Assembly (NCBI GenBank): GCA_051439605.1
Contig: JBFRWN010000113.1
Span: forward strand, 1 to 60,800
Length of the DNA: 60,800 nt
Direction of reading: 5' to 3'
DNA from: Synechococcus sp.
Lineage (GTDB): Bacteria > Cyanobacteriota > Cyanobacteriia > Thermostichales > PCC-7336
The translations under genes were made by a program, and so were the position numbers. The notes under the pieces were generated by a model. The model was not told the origin of the DNA. It saw nothing but the letters and a program-made list of their open reading frames with translations, and did no database searches. Shown piece after piece: positions 28,171 through 39,530 of the stretch (position 1 is the first letter of the stretch; every line of letters begins with the position of its first letter).

Positions 28171-29349
28171 CTAGCTAGATTCACCCGCAACAACAAGGGT
28201 GTCCATCAGAGGGGATTCCGACTCATCAATGGGGGAAACGTCTGGAATGCGGCAACGAGCATCTCCAATAAGCCAGCTCAGATCCGTTTCTTCTGTATCG
28301 ATATGCTGCCCATCTGAAGAGATACAGTACTTACCCAACACCATCCGCTGGACGAGGTTTACGTTGCGGGCAATGTGGGTGTAGTCGAAAATGACACTTT
28401 TTTCGATGGTGCAACCTTCGTTTAAGATGCAACCAGAACCAATCGCTGTAGGCCCGATAATCGTTACGCCATCGTTGATCCAAGTACTCCCACCAATGTA
28501 AACAGGAGGCTCAATTTTCACTTTGTCCCAATTCGCTTTGACGTTGAGACCCACATGAACGCCAGGTTGAATTTCGGTACCGCGAACAGATACACCGTTC
28601 ACTTCACCTTTTAAGACTTTGCTGACTGCTTCGTAGTAGTCCGGGGTACGGCCAATATCCACCCATTGGAATTCACTGGTTACACCATAGAACGGTGCTC
28701 CTGCTGCAACCAGATTAGGGAACAGGTCCCCCCCAATGTCGAACTCACATCCGGAAGGAATGTAGTCAAACACTGCCGGTTCAAAAATGTAGATCCCTGT
28801 GTTGATTGTGTTGCTGAGTGCCTCTTCTACAGATGGCTTTTCCTGGAATGCTTGAATTTTTCCGTTTTCGTCGGTTACCACCACGCCGTAACTGGGCACT
28901 TCTTCTTGGGGGACCTGTCGCATGACGATTGTGGCAATCGAGCCCTTCTCCTTGTGGAAATTGACGACCTCTGTCAGGTTCAGGTCAATCAGAGCATCCC
29001 CACACAACACGATAAACGTATCGTCAAAAAATCCTGAAAAGTCCTGAATTTTCCGCAGACCACCAGCCGACCCCAATGCTTCTGCCACTGGATCGCCGTT
29101 TTCAAAATGTCCTTCAAAGGAAAAGGCCATTTGGACGCCCCACTGCTGGCCGTCGCGAAAGTAGTTTTCGATTTGATCTGCAAGATGGCTGGTGTTGACC
29201 ATGATTTGGTCGAACCCATGCTCTTTGAGCAGCTCCACAAGAAATTCCATCACGGGTTTATGCATGATGGGAATCATCGGCTTGGGAATTAAGTAGGTGA
29301 TGGGGCGAACCCGAGTTCCTTTACCGGCCGCCAGGATCATCGCTTTCAT
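28171..29349 (-). CDS. cugP: NDP-sugar pyrophosphorylase, CugP type (UDP-glucose pyrophosphorylase)
   Basis: MKAMILAAGKGTRVRPIT..IPKPMIPI and a C-terminal hexapeptide domain. Confidence 0.8.
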   Translation of the reverse strand: MKAMILAAGKGTRVRPITYLIPKPMIPIMHKPVMEFLVELLKEHGFDQIMVNTSHLADQIENYFRDGQQWGVQMAFSFEGHFENGDPVAEALGSAGGLRKIQDFSGFFDDTFIVLCGDALIDLNLTEVVNFHKEKGSIATIVMRQVPQEEVPSYGVVVTDENGKIQAFQEKPSVEEALSNTINTGIYIFEPAVFDYIPSGCEFDIGGDLFPNLVAAGAPFYGVTSEFQWVDIGRTPDYYEAVSKVLKGEVNGVSVRGTEIQPGVHVGLNVKANWDKVKIEPPVYIGGSTWINDGVTIIGPTAIGSGCILNEGCTIEKSVIFDYTHIARNVNLVQRMVLGKYCISSDGQHIDTEETDLSWLIGDARCRIPDVSPIDESESPLMDTLVVAGESS

Positions 29350-29460
29350 TCTGCGAGTGCCTCCAGATCGCTTATCTTCTCGTCGAGATGCAAATGATGA
29401 ATGTGAAAGAGAAATAGGAAGTTAGAGTCAACCAACTCAAGATACAAAAAGATTACCCAA

Positions 29461-30486
29461 TTATGGAAAAGGCATCAGTGGCCTGAATCCATGTTTTCGG
29501 GAAATAGCGCCAATTTCATCGACTTTGTCGACTGTGATGTGGTTCCTCCCCCAACTGAAGTTAGTGTGGAGCTCTTCAAACTCCAGGAGCATTGATTCTG
29601 CAAAGCAGGCAAATAACTGGCGAGTGGGGTTTGGGACGTTGAGGAATCCCATGATGCTCCATTCAATATCCAGCGAATGTTCCACCATGCCACCGTCAAT
29701 GACGTGAACACCGTCATGCTTGATTAACGAGGACATGTTTTTGGGGTATCCTCCATCGATGATGATGCAGGGTTGTCGCAAAACCTGTGCGTCGATTTCC
29801 ATCCCTTTACTCATGCTGGCCACCCAGACAATGATGTCTGCCTTTGGTAAGGCTTCGGAAACAGAACAAATTTCCCCTCGTCCCAAAGAGTTCTGCAGAA
29901 GTTCGAGGCGATTGCGATCGCGAGCTACCAGATAGAGATTCTTGAAATCTTCCTTGGCATTTAACCAGCGGCAGATGGCGCTACCAATATCGCCAGTTGC
30001 ACCTACCACAGCAACATTTGCATCAGATAAGTCAATGGAATGTTGCTTGGCTGCTGTCAATACTTGCTGACAGATGATGTAAGCGGTGTGGGTATTACCT
30101 GTGGTGAACCGTTGAATCTCCAGCTCAATATTGCGTACCCGCTTGAGGCTTTCCAGTCGGAAATTCTCGAAAATGATACTGCTGAACCCTCCTAGGGCAG
30201 TTATGTTGAGGTTTGCTTTCTGAGCCAGCGCCATTGCGTTGAGGATCTTGCGACTGGCAGCTTTAAAGCGCCGAAGGGCAAGCATTTCAGGCAAAAAACA
30301 GGATTCTACATATTTGCCGTAGATTTTTTGGCCGGTGATGCTGGTGACTGTGATGTCATCGACCACCTGAGGTGGAGCCATACACCAGAAATCTAGGTTG
30401 CTATCTGCGTACTCTGGATAACCCAAACGTTCGGCTACACGTTGGGCGTGTGCCAGGTCCGTTAGGTGCCCGATTAAGCCGAACAT
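29461..30486 (-). CDS. aar: Acyl-ACP reductase (alkane biosynthesis)
   Basis: [19 protein letters not shown] and FACFAE..NFSWGRN. Confidence 0.96.
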   Translation of the reverse strand: MFGLIGHLTDLAHAQRVAERLGYPEYADSNLDFWCMAPPQVVDDITVTSITGQKIYGKYVESCFLPEMLALRRFKAASRKILNAMALAQKANLNITALGGFSSIIFENFRLESLKRVRNIELEIQRFTTGNTHTAYIICQQVLTAAKQHSIDLSDANVAVVGATGDIGSAICRWLNAKEDFKNLYLVARDRNRLELLQNSLGRGEICSVSEALPKADIIVWVASMSKGMEIDAQVLRQPCIIIDGGYPKNMSSLIKHDGVHVIDGGMVEHSLDIEWSIMGFLNVPNPTRQLFACFAESMLLEFEELHTNFSWGRNHITVDKVDEIGAISRKHGFRPLMPFP

Positions 30487-30618
30487 GAGATACTATTGCC
30501 CTCTCCTAGCGGAAGCAGTGTAAACAAATGTATCAGATGGCTGACCCCTTCTGTGAGAAAACAGGTGGAATGCGGGAGGTTGGGAACTAGTATTCGCCCC
30601 CATATTGCCTTTGATGGG

Positions 30619-31353
30619 TTAGGCTGCAGCACGCAACCCTTGAGCTGCAAGCTTCATGATTTCACGGCTGCTAAAGCCAATTTCACCCAGGGCTTCACCG
30701 TAGGCGATCATAAAGTCCTCAACAATTGCATCAGGTTCCATGGAGAGGTTGTTGGCGTCTTGGTTTACCTGAGTGAACATTTCCCAAATAATGGGTAGAT
30801 TGGCGGAATTTGCCCGTTCCATATCGGCCTTAACTTGAGGATCGTCGAAGCGTGCTTGCAGCCACAGCTCTCCAAAGTTGCGGTGCAGATATTCGTCTTT
30901 TACAACCCCTTCAGTGATCTTGCGCGCAAAATCATCTGCCACAGGGATGTAGATGTTATAAGCGGCGATCGCGAAGCATTCGATTAGCAATGCCTGAATC
31001 ACCAAACAGGTGACTATGTCTTTGTCTGTAGCAGCTGCTTCAAAGTTGTTTCGCAGCTTTTCAAAGAACTTGACCGCAAATTCTTTGTCTGGAGTTACAT
31101 CAAGATTCTTGCCGCAAGCCTGAAACCCCCTCATGTGGCGAAGTTCCATCTTGGCCAACTTTTTCAGTTCACCAGCATCCTCTGGTAACAACTCGGCCAA
31201 CGTGAGATAGTTGCGATTGGCTTCCAGCTCCCCTTCGATCACAATCGCGTTGATGCGGGAGTAAGCATCTTTGTAGATGGGGCTAGTGTAATCCATGGTG
31301 GGAATGAGGTCTTGCTCGGCTGATACCGCCACCTTCTCTTGCAGTTGGGCCAT
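30619..31353 (-). CDS. ado: Aldehyde-deformylating oxygenase
   Basis: [16 protein letters not shown] and two ExxH di-iron motifs. Confidence 0.96.
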   Translation of the reverse strand: MAQLQEKVAVSAEQDLIPTMDYTSPIYKDAYSRINAIVIEGELEANRNYLTLAELLPEDAGELKKLAKMELRHMRGFQACGKNLDVTPDKEFAVKFFEKLRNNFEAAATDKDIVTCLVIQALLIECFAIAAYNIYIPVADDFARKITEGVVKDEYLHRNFGELWLQARFDDPQVKADMERANSANLPIIWEMFTQVNQDANNLSMEPDAIVEDFMIAYGEALGEIGFSSREIMKLAAQGLRAAA

Positions 31354-31664
31354 TGTGTTCTCGGATCTCCTGAGACTGCGTTCGTGCCGCCAGCGGCTAT
31401 GTAAGGTGGTTTAACCTTACCCATAGTAGTTCTATCAGAATACCGCTATTCGCAAATGTATTTGGACTCCGGGCTGGCCTGATATTGAACAATGTCACAG
31501 GTAACATCAGCTTGACTATACTTGAGAGGATCGGCATCAGAGTCTAGCAAGATATGAACACAAATACGTTTGTGCCTGTTAAGACTATTTAGGTCATCAT
31601 AAGTACTGAATCAAACTCTATTTTAGGTGCAGCCTCTAAGGTCGGATTATTTGATTTTAGCCTG

Positions 31665-31711
31665 AGTATTGGGCAACTCTTGACCTTTCAGAGAAGAGAT
31701 TGCCCAATACT
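31665..31711. terminator. Stem-loop downstream of gatB
   Basis: AGTATTGGGCAA...TTGCCCAATACT inverted repeat; no clear U-tract. Confidence 0.55.
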
Positions 31712-31729
31712 TAAATGACAGCTATGTGG

Positions 31730-33199
31730 CTAGGCGTTGAGCTTCTGAGAGATCAACTGGTTCGCCAGTTGCGGGTCAGCGCGTCCTTGAGTTTTCTTCA
31801 TTAGTTGACCCACAAAGAAGCCAAGAAGCTTGGTCTTCCCAGCCTTATACTGATCTACTTGACTAGGGTTGTCAGCAATAATCTCGTCAATTTGACTTTC
31901 GAGAGCGCCAATATCGGAAATTTGTGTCAGTCCTTTGGCCTCAACTAGCGCCGTTGCGGATCCCCCTTGACTGAGTAGTTCGGGGAGAATTTCTTTGGCA
32001 ATTTTGCTACTTATGGTGCCCTGTGCAATCAGATCGATGAGTTCTGACAAGGTTTCTGGCTTGAGGGCAATCTCAGGATAGGTAAGCTTGCTGTCATTCA
32101 AGTACTTGGCAATATCGCTCATAATCCAGTTGGCAGCAGCCTTGGGATCGGCTCCGACATCAACACATGCTTCAAAATAAGCTGCGGTGTCTTTATCGTC
32201 GGTAAGGTAACGTACATCGTAAACCGACAGACCGTAATCCGTCAGGTAACGGGTCCGCTTTGCGGCGGGTAGCTCAGGCAGTTGGCCCCACGCTTCTAGT
32301 TGGGCATCGGAGACTCGAATGGGCAGCAGATCGGGCTCGGGGAAATAGCGGTAGTCGCTGGAGCCCTCTTTCTTGCGCATACTGGTGGTGCGCTGGGTGT
32401 TCTCGTTCCAAAGACGGGTTTCTTGAACGATGGGCTCGCCAGATTCTACGGCCTTAACTTGGCGCTTGAACTCATAGTCGATCGCCTTTTGAATGGCGCT
32501 AAACGAGTTCATGTTTTTAATTTCAACTTTGGTACCGAAGGCTTCAGTCCCCACTGGGCGGATGGAAATGTTGACATCGCAGCGCAGCGACCCCTCCTGC
32601 ATGTTGCCGTCCCCGACGCCTATGTAACGAACGATGCGACGGATCTCCTCTGCATAAGCTGCCGCCTCTTCCGCAGTGCGAATGTCGGGTTCGGACACTA
32701 TTTCGATTAGAGGAACCCCTGCTCGGTTGTAATCCACTAGCGAATAGCTGGAGCCCGCTAGGCGATCGCTACCTGCGTGCACCAGCTTGCCTGCGTCTTC
32801 TTCCATGTGCAGGCGGGTGATGCCAATGCGCTTAGACGAACCGTCCTCCAGTTGAATCTCGATGTGACCGTGTTCGGCGATGGGTAGGTCGTACTGCGAG
32901 ATTTGGTAGTTCTTAGGTAGGTCGGGGTAAAAGTACTGCTTGCGATCGAACTTGCTGTAGCGGGCGATGGTGCAGTTGAGGGCGAGTCCGGCCTTGACTG
33001 CGTATTCCAGCACCTTCTGGTTCATTACCGGCAGTGTACCGGGCATGCCAACACAGATGGGATCGATGTGGGTGTTGGGGTCAGCTCCAAACTCGGTACG
33101 GCTGCTGGAGAAAATTTTTGTCTCGGTGGATAGCTGGCAGTGGGTTTCCAAACCGATCACTGCTTCGTACTTAGTTTTCGCGGGTGCAGCAGCTGTCAT
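31730..33199 (-). CDS. gatB: Asp/Glu-tRNA amidotransferase subunit B
   Basis: VIGLETH, FDRKQYFYPDLPK, HMEEDAGK and DYRYFPEPDL. Confidence 0.97.
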   Translation of the reverse strand: MTAAAPAKTKYEAVIGLETHCQLSTETKIFSSSRTEFGADPNTHIDPICVGMPGTLPVMNQKVLEYAVKAGLALNCTIARYSKFDRKQYFYPDLPKNYQISQYDLPIAEHGHIEIQLEDGSSKRIGITRLHMEEDAGKLVHAGSDRLAGSSYSLVDYNRAGVPLIEIVSEPDIRTAEEAAAYAEEIRRIVRYIGVGDGNMQEGSLRCDVNISIRPVGTEAFGTKVEIKNMNSFSAIQKAIDYEFKRQVKAVESGEPIVQETRLWNENTQRTTSMRKKEGSSDYRYFPEPDLLPIRVSDAQLEAWGQLPELPAAKRTRYLTDYGLSVYDVRYLTDDKDTAAYFEACVDVGADPKAAANWIMSDIAKYLNDSKLTYPEIALKPETLSELIDLIAQGTISSKIAKEILPELLSQGGSATALVEAKGLTQISDIGALESQIDEIIADNPSQVDQYKAGKTKLLGFFVGQLMKKTQGRADPQLANQLISQKLNA

Positions 33200-33469
33200 A
33201 CGGCCTCCTGCCAAATCAACATTGCCAAATTAAATTGCCGATACAACAAGTGTTGCAAGAGCACTATTTAAATCCAATGCTAGCGCCTTACCCTACCCAA
33301 TTTTGCAAACCTGTTGCATTTTGATTAGCAACATATACTGTTAAGGCTTTTGCAAGCTCAGTCATGAAAAATAAATATAACGCTGTTCGGAGGACTGAAA
33401 CGCTGAAATGTCCTAAGCGCGTGATGGTTGCAGTACGAGCCCAAGGAGGGGAAGGTAAGTGGCTATCTA

Positions 33470-33889
33470 CTATCCCTTGCCCGTAAAGGTGCGGACTGCT
33501 TTTTTGACAAACTTACCGACAGTTTTTGCCAGTGCTGGCACCTCAATACTGGCGGGAATATTCCCCATCATCGTGTGAAAGTCGTCCAGTAGCATATGTT
33601 CTTCTTCAGTGACTTCGCGATCGGCAAATAACATCCGACCAATCGCCCCTAATAGCTGCTGACGCTCTGCCTCAGTAGACTGGTGCAGATATTCGGCCAT
33701 CCAGCGTTCGGTTTTCTGTAAGGGAACCGGTTTCTCTAGCAACTTCTTGAGCTCGCGATCGTACGTTTCTCCGTACCGCTTGAGCACTTTTGCTAGTGCC
33801 TCTGTCTCCTCTGGCTCTAGCACGCCATCGGCCCATGCCGAACCAATCAGAATTTTGAGGGTGAGGTGATGTTGCGTGGAGATGTCCAT
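33470..33889 (-). CDS. TerB-family protein
   Basis: KILIGSAWADGVLEPEE and ADREVTEEE duplicated acidic motifs. Confidence 0.75.
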   Translation of the reverse strand: MDISTQHHLTLKILIGSAWADGVLEPEETEALAKVLKRYGETYDRELKKLLEKPVPLQKTERWMAEYLHQSTEAERQQLLGAIGRMLFADREVTEEEHMLLDDFHTMMGNIPASIEVPALAKTVGKFVKKAVRTFTGKG

Positions 33890-34067
33890 GAAAAATCTGC
33901 CGAGGTAAATGCCTATTACCGTAATTATCATGCGGCAGGGGACAGTTCAGGGGCATTCGATCTCCCAAAGCACAATCGACGGGATTTTGCGATTGCGACC
34001 TAGCGGTCTCCATCACCGACATAGACCACCGCTATAGTTTGAAGGGAGCGAGAGATTAGGGCCTGCG

Positions 34068-34790
34068 ATGCCGATTGGAATTATTGGGGCGATGCCCGAA
34101 GAAATTGAGCAGTTGCGATCGCGCATGAGCGACGTGCATCAGGAGACCGTCCTGCAACGGCAGTTTTATTGCGGACAACTGCAAGATAAATCGGTGGTAC
34201 TGGTACAAAGTGGCATTGGCAAAACGCGATCGGCCATTACGGCAACTACACTGGTCGCGAAGTTCGGCATTCGGGGATTAATCTTTACGGGCGTGGCTGG
34301 AGCACTGCGACCGGGGTTAAGGACGGGGGATGTGATCCTGGCAAAGGAAGCCCGCGAGCATGACTTTGGGACCGCTAAACCGGATGGATTTGAATTGGGC
34401 TTGTCGTTCTTGCCAGGGCAGGAATATCGCCCTATTGTTGCTGAGCCTTCCTTCTATGACCTCGCTCTGCAGCTTGCTTGCCAAGAGCAGTGCCTGGAGT
34501 TGGTGTCTGGCAAAAACCATCAGCCGCAGGTCTACGCCGGAATTGTGGCGACGGGAGATGTGTTTGTGGCAGATCGCAAGTTAAGCGCACATATTTATCG
34601 CCAAACGGAAGCAGATGTAGTGGAAATGGAAGGAACGTCCGTTTTAAGGGTGGCAGAGGATGCTGATATTCCCTGCGTATTGGTCCGCACAGTGAGTGAC
34701 GGCGGCGATAGCGATGAATTTCTGGATTTTTTTGCCGCGGTTGCCAGTAATTCAGCGGCCATTACCGAAGCGATTTTGAGGGCACTCTAG
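34068..34790 (+). CDS. mtnN: 5'-methylthioadenosine/S-adenosylhomocysteine nucleosidase
   Basis: IGIIGAMPEE, SGIGK, FTGVAG, TGDVFV, VEMEG and RTVSD. Confidence 0.88.
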   Translation: MPIGIIGAMPEEIEQLRSRMSDVHQETVLQRQFYCGQLQDKSVVLVQSGIGKTRSAITATTLVAKFGIRGLIFTGVAGALRPGLRTGDVILAKEAREHDFGTAKPDGFELGLSFLPGQEYRPIVAEPSFYDLALQLACQEQCLELVSGKNHQPQVYAGIVATGDVFVADRKLSAHIYRQTEADVVEMEGTSVLRVAEDADIPCVLVRTVSDGGDSDEFLDFFAAVASNSAAITEAILRAL

Positions 34791-34987
34791 CGTTTGTCAG
34801 GAACCACTTTTAGACAACTATTGCGCGCAGAATCGCGAAAGGTTTGGATCACTTCAACCGTGTTCAAAGCACCGCATTTTGGACAGTAGAATTGGTCCCC
34901 TGGTTTCGGCTCGATATCTGCCTGACTCCACCACGATCGACAGCGATCGCAGCTGAAGTGATAAAGATACTCGAGGGCGACCTTCAT
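34787..34987 (-). CDS. Small zinc-ribbon protein
   Basis: CDRC...CPKCG in 66 aa. Confidence 0.7.
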   Translation of the reverse strand: MKVALEYLYHFSCDRCRSWWSQADIEPKPGDQFYCPKCGALNTVEVIQTFRDSARNSCLKVVPDKR

Positions 34988-35262
34988 AGGACTGCCGATC
35001 CAAAAAATTTAGCAATTTAATATCTCTTCTAGCTTGTTTAGTTGAGAAGTGCCACTGATTGTGAATTGGCTTGACTTATTCTTTTTGGAAAATTTAGATT
35101 TTGGCAGACTTCGACATGGAAAGGCTCGGATATGCTCTGGGCGATTGTCTTCATAATCGTAATCATACGAGCTACTTAGGATTCCAGAGTTGTTTTCCCA
35201 AGTGGCGATAGGATAAACACTATTAGATTCCAGCAGACATGGCGCTAGCAAGGGAAATCAAA

Positions 35263-35721
35263 ATGCTGCTCATCGGTTCCGGCAAAAAATTTGTCAATAC
35301 TCTTGAAAAGTCTAAGGTACTTGCAGCCTCAGTACCTCCTGAAGGGGGTTCCGAAGGGCATTTCCGCCGCCGTGTTTCCGGTGCGGGATACCAAGTGGTT
35401 CATATGAGCGCACGGGGGCTGGGAGACATCACCAGCTTCTTCTCCCAAGCCCATGGCGTACGCCCCTCCCACTTGGGTAAGTCCAAGCTACGCACCTACT
35501 ATTTTCCCCCTCTGATTGACCAGTACCTGCAGGCCATGTCTCCAAAATCTAAGGGGCTTGTTTTTTGGCTGATCGAGGGAAATTCCTTATCTCGTCAGGA
35601 ATTGAGCTACCTGCAGCAGTTGTCGGACAAAGAACCGCGAGTTAAGTTTGTGGTGGAAGTGGAGAGCGATCGCGTCTTCCGCTACAAACCTTTGTCCGAA
35701 CGGCTAAAAGCAAGCGCCTAA
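35263..35721 (+). CDS. ndhN: NDH-1 subunit NdhN
   Basis: PPEGGSEG, SARGLGD, HGVRPSHLGK and GLVFWLIEG. Confidence 0.92.
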   Translation: MLLIGSGKKFVNTLEKSKVLAASVPPEGGSEGHFRRRVSGAGYQVVHMSARGLGDITSFFSQAHGVRPSHLGKSKLRTYYFPPLIDQYLQAMSPKSKGLVFWLIEGNSLSRQELSYLQQLSDKEPRVKFVVEVESDRVFRYKPLSERLKASA

Positions 35722-35766
35722 CGACACTTTTTTGATTTTCGTACCGAATCTCTCGATCGATATTCC

Positions 35767-36837
35767 GTGCTGGAGAACCATCCAAGCCAATCTCTGAACA
35801 ATGGGTCATGGTTCAAGCTCATTTGCGGGGCTAGTCTGCATCACTTGGCCTCCGTCCGTAACTTGGCATTCATGTTTACGGTGGCAGGGGCAGATTGTAT
35901 TGATATGGCGGCCGATCCGGCGGTGGTCAGGGCTGCTCGCACGGGTATGGCGATGGCACTGGAACAGTATTCAGATGCTAAAGCTCCTTGGCTCATGGCC
36001 AGCTTTAACGATGGGGAGGACCCCCATTTTCGCAAAGCGATCACACTATCCTCAAATTGCCCGAGCAATTGTCCGCAACCCTGTATTGCCTCCTGTCCCC
36101 CTGGTGCCATATCGGCCACAACCACCGGGATTTCGATTCAAACAGACCTATGCTTTGGTTGCGGCCGTTGCGAACCCCTCTGTCCCCCCCACTTAATCCA
36201 GACCCAAGGTTATCAGGTGCCTGTAGCTAGCCATATGCCAGAATTATTGAATGCGGGTATTGAGGCAATTGAAATTCACACTCGAATGGGTCGAGGTGAT
36301 GAGTTTGCGGCTCTTTGGAGGCAACTGCAACTGTGGGTTTCATCTCTGCAGCTGGTATCTGTCAGCTTTAACGATGGTCCTGGACTCGAAGATTACCTTC
36401 GCAATTTGGTGTCCATCATGCAGCCTCGTCCGAGGCGATTAATGTGGCAAGTGGATGGCCGACCCATGAGCGGTGATATTGGACAAGGAACCACCCGTGC
36501 AACGTTGCAGCTGGCGCAGAAGGTAATTTCGTTTGAATTACCGGGTTACGTACAGCTTGCTGGCGGGACAAACCGAGCTACGATGCCAAAAGCTAGGGAA
36601 CAGGGAATTGCTGTCGCTGGTGCCGCATTTGGAAGCTATGCTCGCAAGTTGGTTGCTGATGCCTCAGGCATTGCCGATCTAAACCACCATTCGCCAATAT
36701 TGACTCAGTCCATTGAACTTGCTCGGGAACTGGTGACTCAAGTGAAACAGTCTTCTTTCCTGATTCCCCCCGTTTCCGCAAACGTGGCAACTGCTCTCCC
36801 CCTTCATACCGAAGGCTGTGTACATGACCTTGGATAA
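35767..36837 (+). CDS. ldpA: Circadian Fe-S protein LdpA
   Basis: [16 protein letters not shown], two 4Fe-4S Cys motifs, [10 protein letters not shown] and QLAGGTN. Confidence 0.93.
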   Translation: MLENHPSQSLNNGSWFKLICGASLHHLASVRNLAFMFTVAGADCIDMAADPAVVRAARTGMAMALEQYSDAKAPWLMASFNDGEDPHFRKAITLSSNCPSNCPQPCIASCPPGAISATTTGISIQTDLCFGCGRCEPLCPPHLIQTQGYQVPVASHMPELLNAGIEAIEIHTRMGRGDEFAALWRQLQLWVSSLQLVSVSFNDGPGLEDYLRNLVSIMQPRPRRLMWQVDGRPMSGDIGQGTTRATLQLAQKVISFELPGYVQLAGGTNRATMPKAREQGIAVAGAAFGSYARKLVADASGIADLNHHSPILTQSIELARELVTQVKQSSFLIPPVSANVATALPLHTEGCVHDLG

Positions 36838-38605
36838 GTTTGACTACCAGACCACAGTAGTAGAAACCAAGATGGCAAAAGAATGCGATGCTTGGCCCAA
36901 TCAACAGGCGATTACCGACGACTTGGATGCGTTGCTCGATATGCTGCCTGCTGTCTTGCGGGATAAACTGCGCAGCCACCCTCGCAAGCGCGAACTCATA
37001 GAAGTCGTTCTTGACCTCGGTCGTTTGCCAGAGGCACGCTTTCCCGATACTGCAGAGTATCTTTCTAATGTGGCGATCGCCCGTGGAGATTTAGATTATT
37101 GCATCGATCGCGTTGGCCAGTTTAGCGAAGATAATCGGGCCGGAATCGAGTCGACCCTGCATCGCATCAGTGCTATCCGCAATCGCCAAGACGCGATTAT
37201 TGGCCTGACTTGCCGCGTGGGACGAGCGGTTATGGGCACCATTGACATGATTCAAGATTTGGTGGTGCAGGGGAGGTCTATCCTGCTGTTGGGCCGTCCG
37301 GGGGTGGGTAAGACCACCGCATTGCGGGAAATTGCTCGCGTACTGGCGGACGACCTGTCAAAACGCGTGGTAATTATTGACACCTCCAATGAAATTGCCG
37401 GGGACGGTGATGTGCCCCACCCTGCAATTGGACGAGCCCGCAGAATGCAGGTAGCGCGTCCCTCCGAGCAGCACAAAATTATGATTGAAGCGGTCGAAAA
37501 CCACATGCCCGAAGTGGTGGTGATCGACGAAATTGGCACAGAGTTGGAGGCCCTAGCAGCCCGCACGATCGCCGAACGTGGAGTGCAGTTGGTGGGAACA
37601 GCCCATGGAAATCGGATCGAAAATCTGATCAAAAATCCCACCCTCTCTGACCTAATCGGGGGGATCCAGTCCGTAACGCTTGGGGATGATGAGGCCCGCC
37701 GACGTGGCAGCCAAAAAAGCGTATTGGAACGCAAAGCTCCCCCAACCTTCGAAATTGCTGTGGAAATGGTGGCTCGCACCCGCTGGGTGGTGCATGGGGA
37801 GGTGTCTGAAACCGTTGACGGTCTTTTGCGGGGTCGAGATGTGACCGCTGAAGAGCGCACTGTGAATGCTGCAGGTGAGGTTGTGCGCACGCCGTCGATT
37901 TCGCCTGCCCCAAAAACCGAGGTTCCTAGGGGGATCCGTCGGCGCGATATCGGCTTTACGGGTCGAGAACGCCGCAGTCGTAAGGGTTGGCAACAAACGG
38001 GACAAATGGCTCCCGTACCTTTAGAAGTGGTTGAGCCGATTCCCCCACCAGAACGGTGGTTGGACAACGTGCCCACTGCGGAGGAGGTGGACGATAGCTT
38101 TTCGGGGCTATCTCTATACCCCTATGGTGTGAGTCGGCATCATCTCGAACAGGCAATTCAAACGCTGCATATGCCCGTGCGTATCACCAAAGATATTGAT
38201 GTTGCCGACTCTGTGTTGGCCCTACGATCGCACGTCCGCAATCGCTCAAAGATTCAGCAATTGGCCAAAGTGCGCAATATTCCCATTCACAGTATTAAGT
38301 CCAACACCCTGCCCCAAATCACCCGCGCACTGCGACGCATTCTGCAAATTGACGAACCCCCTTCCTCTCCCGAAACGGAATTAGAGGCTTTCATGTTTGG
38401 GGATTCGGAAGATCAAATGGAGGCCCTTGAGGAAACTCGTTTGGCGGTGGAGCAAATTGTAATTCCCAAATCGCAGCCGGTGGAGCTACTGCCGCGCTCG
38501 GCTTCGATTCGGCGCATGCAGCACGAACTGGTGGAGCACTATCACCTGAGCTCTAAAAGCTTTGGTGAAGAGCCGAATCGCCGCATTCGCATCTATCCTG
38601 CATAG
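36824..38605 (+). CDS. ycf45: Ycf45-type AAA ATPase with R3H domain
   Basis: [28 protein letters not shown] and RRMQH; start uncertain. Confidence 0.9.
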   Translation: MTLDKFDYQTTVVETKMAKECDAWPNQQAITDDLDALLDMLPAVLRDKLRSHPRKRELIEVVLDLGRLPEARFPDTAEYLSNVAIARGDLDYCIDRVGQFSEDNRAGIESTLHRISAIRNRQDAIIGLTCRVGRAVMGTIDMIQDLVVQGRSILLLGRPGVGKTTALREIARVLADDLSKRVVIIDTSNEIAGDGDVPHPAIGRARRMQVARPSEQHKIMIEAVENHMPEVVVIDEIGTELEALAARTIAERGVQLVGTAHGNRIENLIKNPTLSDLIGGIQSVTLGDDEARRRGSQKSVLERKAPPTFEIAVEMVARTRWVVHGEVSETVDGLLRGRDVTAEERTVNAAGEVVRTPSISPAPKTEVPRGIRRRDIGFTGRERRSRKGWQQTGQMAPVPLEVVEPIPPPERWLDNVPTAEEVDDSFSGLSLYPYGVSRHHLEQAIQTLHMPVRITKDIDVADSVLALRSHVRNRSKIQQLAKVRNIPIHSIKSNTLPQITRALRRILQIDEPPSSPETELEAFMFGDSEDQMEALEETRLAVEQIVIPKSQPVELLPRSASIRRMQHELVEHYHLSSKSFGEEPNRRIRIYPA

Positions 38606-38734
38606 CGGCCGTTTGGGAGCCTATTTATGAGGGTTCCAAATAAATAGAGGGGTCAGTTCCACAGCTAAATGAGTAGCACGTTTCAGTTTGGGCACTCTAT
38701 GGACGGATTGATTCTGTGAAACGATAGGCCAAAA

Positions 38735-39493
38735 GTGGAAACATTATCAAGAATCTTTTTGGTTGCATCCACCATTTTTTGGTTTGCCATGCTGTACGAC
38801 TGTGCCCAAAACAGTCGAGATCGCACTTGGCTCTGGATTATTTTTATCCTTAACTCTCCTGGCGCGCTGCTATACTTCGCCACTCAGCGATTACCCCAAA
38901 TGAGCTTTTACACAAAGCTGCCTGGGGTTAGTCTGCTACCGTCGCTCACGAATAAAAAAACGAAACAGCGGCTGTGGCAGGCGGAGGCTGATGCCCGAAA
39001 TATCGGCAAAGCGCATCAGTACGCCGTGCTTGGAGAACTCTACTTGCAACTGCGACAGTTCGATAAAGCAAAAGATGCGCTGGCTACCGCATTGGAAAAA
39101 GAACCCGAACACAAGTTGGCGCTGTGGGGAATGGCGCAGGTTGAAGCCAAGGCAGAAAACTATTCCAAAACTCGCCAGCACTTAAAACTCCTACTCAAAT
39201 TAGAGCCGGACTACATGCGTGGCGATGCCTCATTAGCCTACGGGCAGGTTCTGTATCGATTGCAGAAGTGGGACGAGGCAGCAGAGTTTCTCCCTAAAGA
39301 CATCCAGAAATGGGGCCACCCCGAGGCATACATCATGCTGGGGGAATTACACCTTCAAGCGGGACGTCAAGAAGACGCCCGCAACTTATTGGAGGGAATG
39401 ATTACTCGTGTTAAAGGTGGGTATGACTTTTACTACAAACAGCACAAACAATCCGTCCGCAAAGCGGAACAGCTTTTGAAATCGATACAGTAA
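38735..39493 (+). CDS. Membrane-anchored TPR protein
   Basis: Two N-terminal TM helices (PLDc_N-like W..I..L..PGALLY) followed by TPR helices. Confidence 0.8.
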   Translation: METLSRIFLVASTIFWFAMLYDCAQNSRDRTWLWIIFILNSPGALLYFATQRLPQMSFYTKLPGVSLLPSLTNKKTKQRLWQAEADARNIGKAHQYAVLGELYLQLRQFDKAKDALATALEKEPEHKLALWGMAQVEAKAENYSKTRQHLKLLLKLEPDYMRGDASLAYGQVLYRLQKWDEAAEFLPKDIQKWGHPEAYIMLGELHLQAGRQEDARNLLEGMITRVKGGYDFYYKQHKQSVRKAEQLLKSIQ

Positions 39494-39530
39494 GCAATCC
39501 TGTGTCTTTCTACCTATGATTGCAGAGTCT

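Noticed and set aside
35009..35251. 80-aa minus-strand ORF upstream of ndhN
   Set aside because: Low-complexity, no motif, and it overlaps the likely promoter region.
37252..38076. 274-aa minus-strand ORF
   Set aside because: Antisense shadow of ycf45; Ser/Arg/Thr-rich with no motifs.
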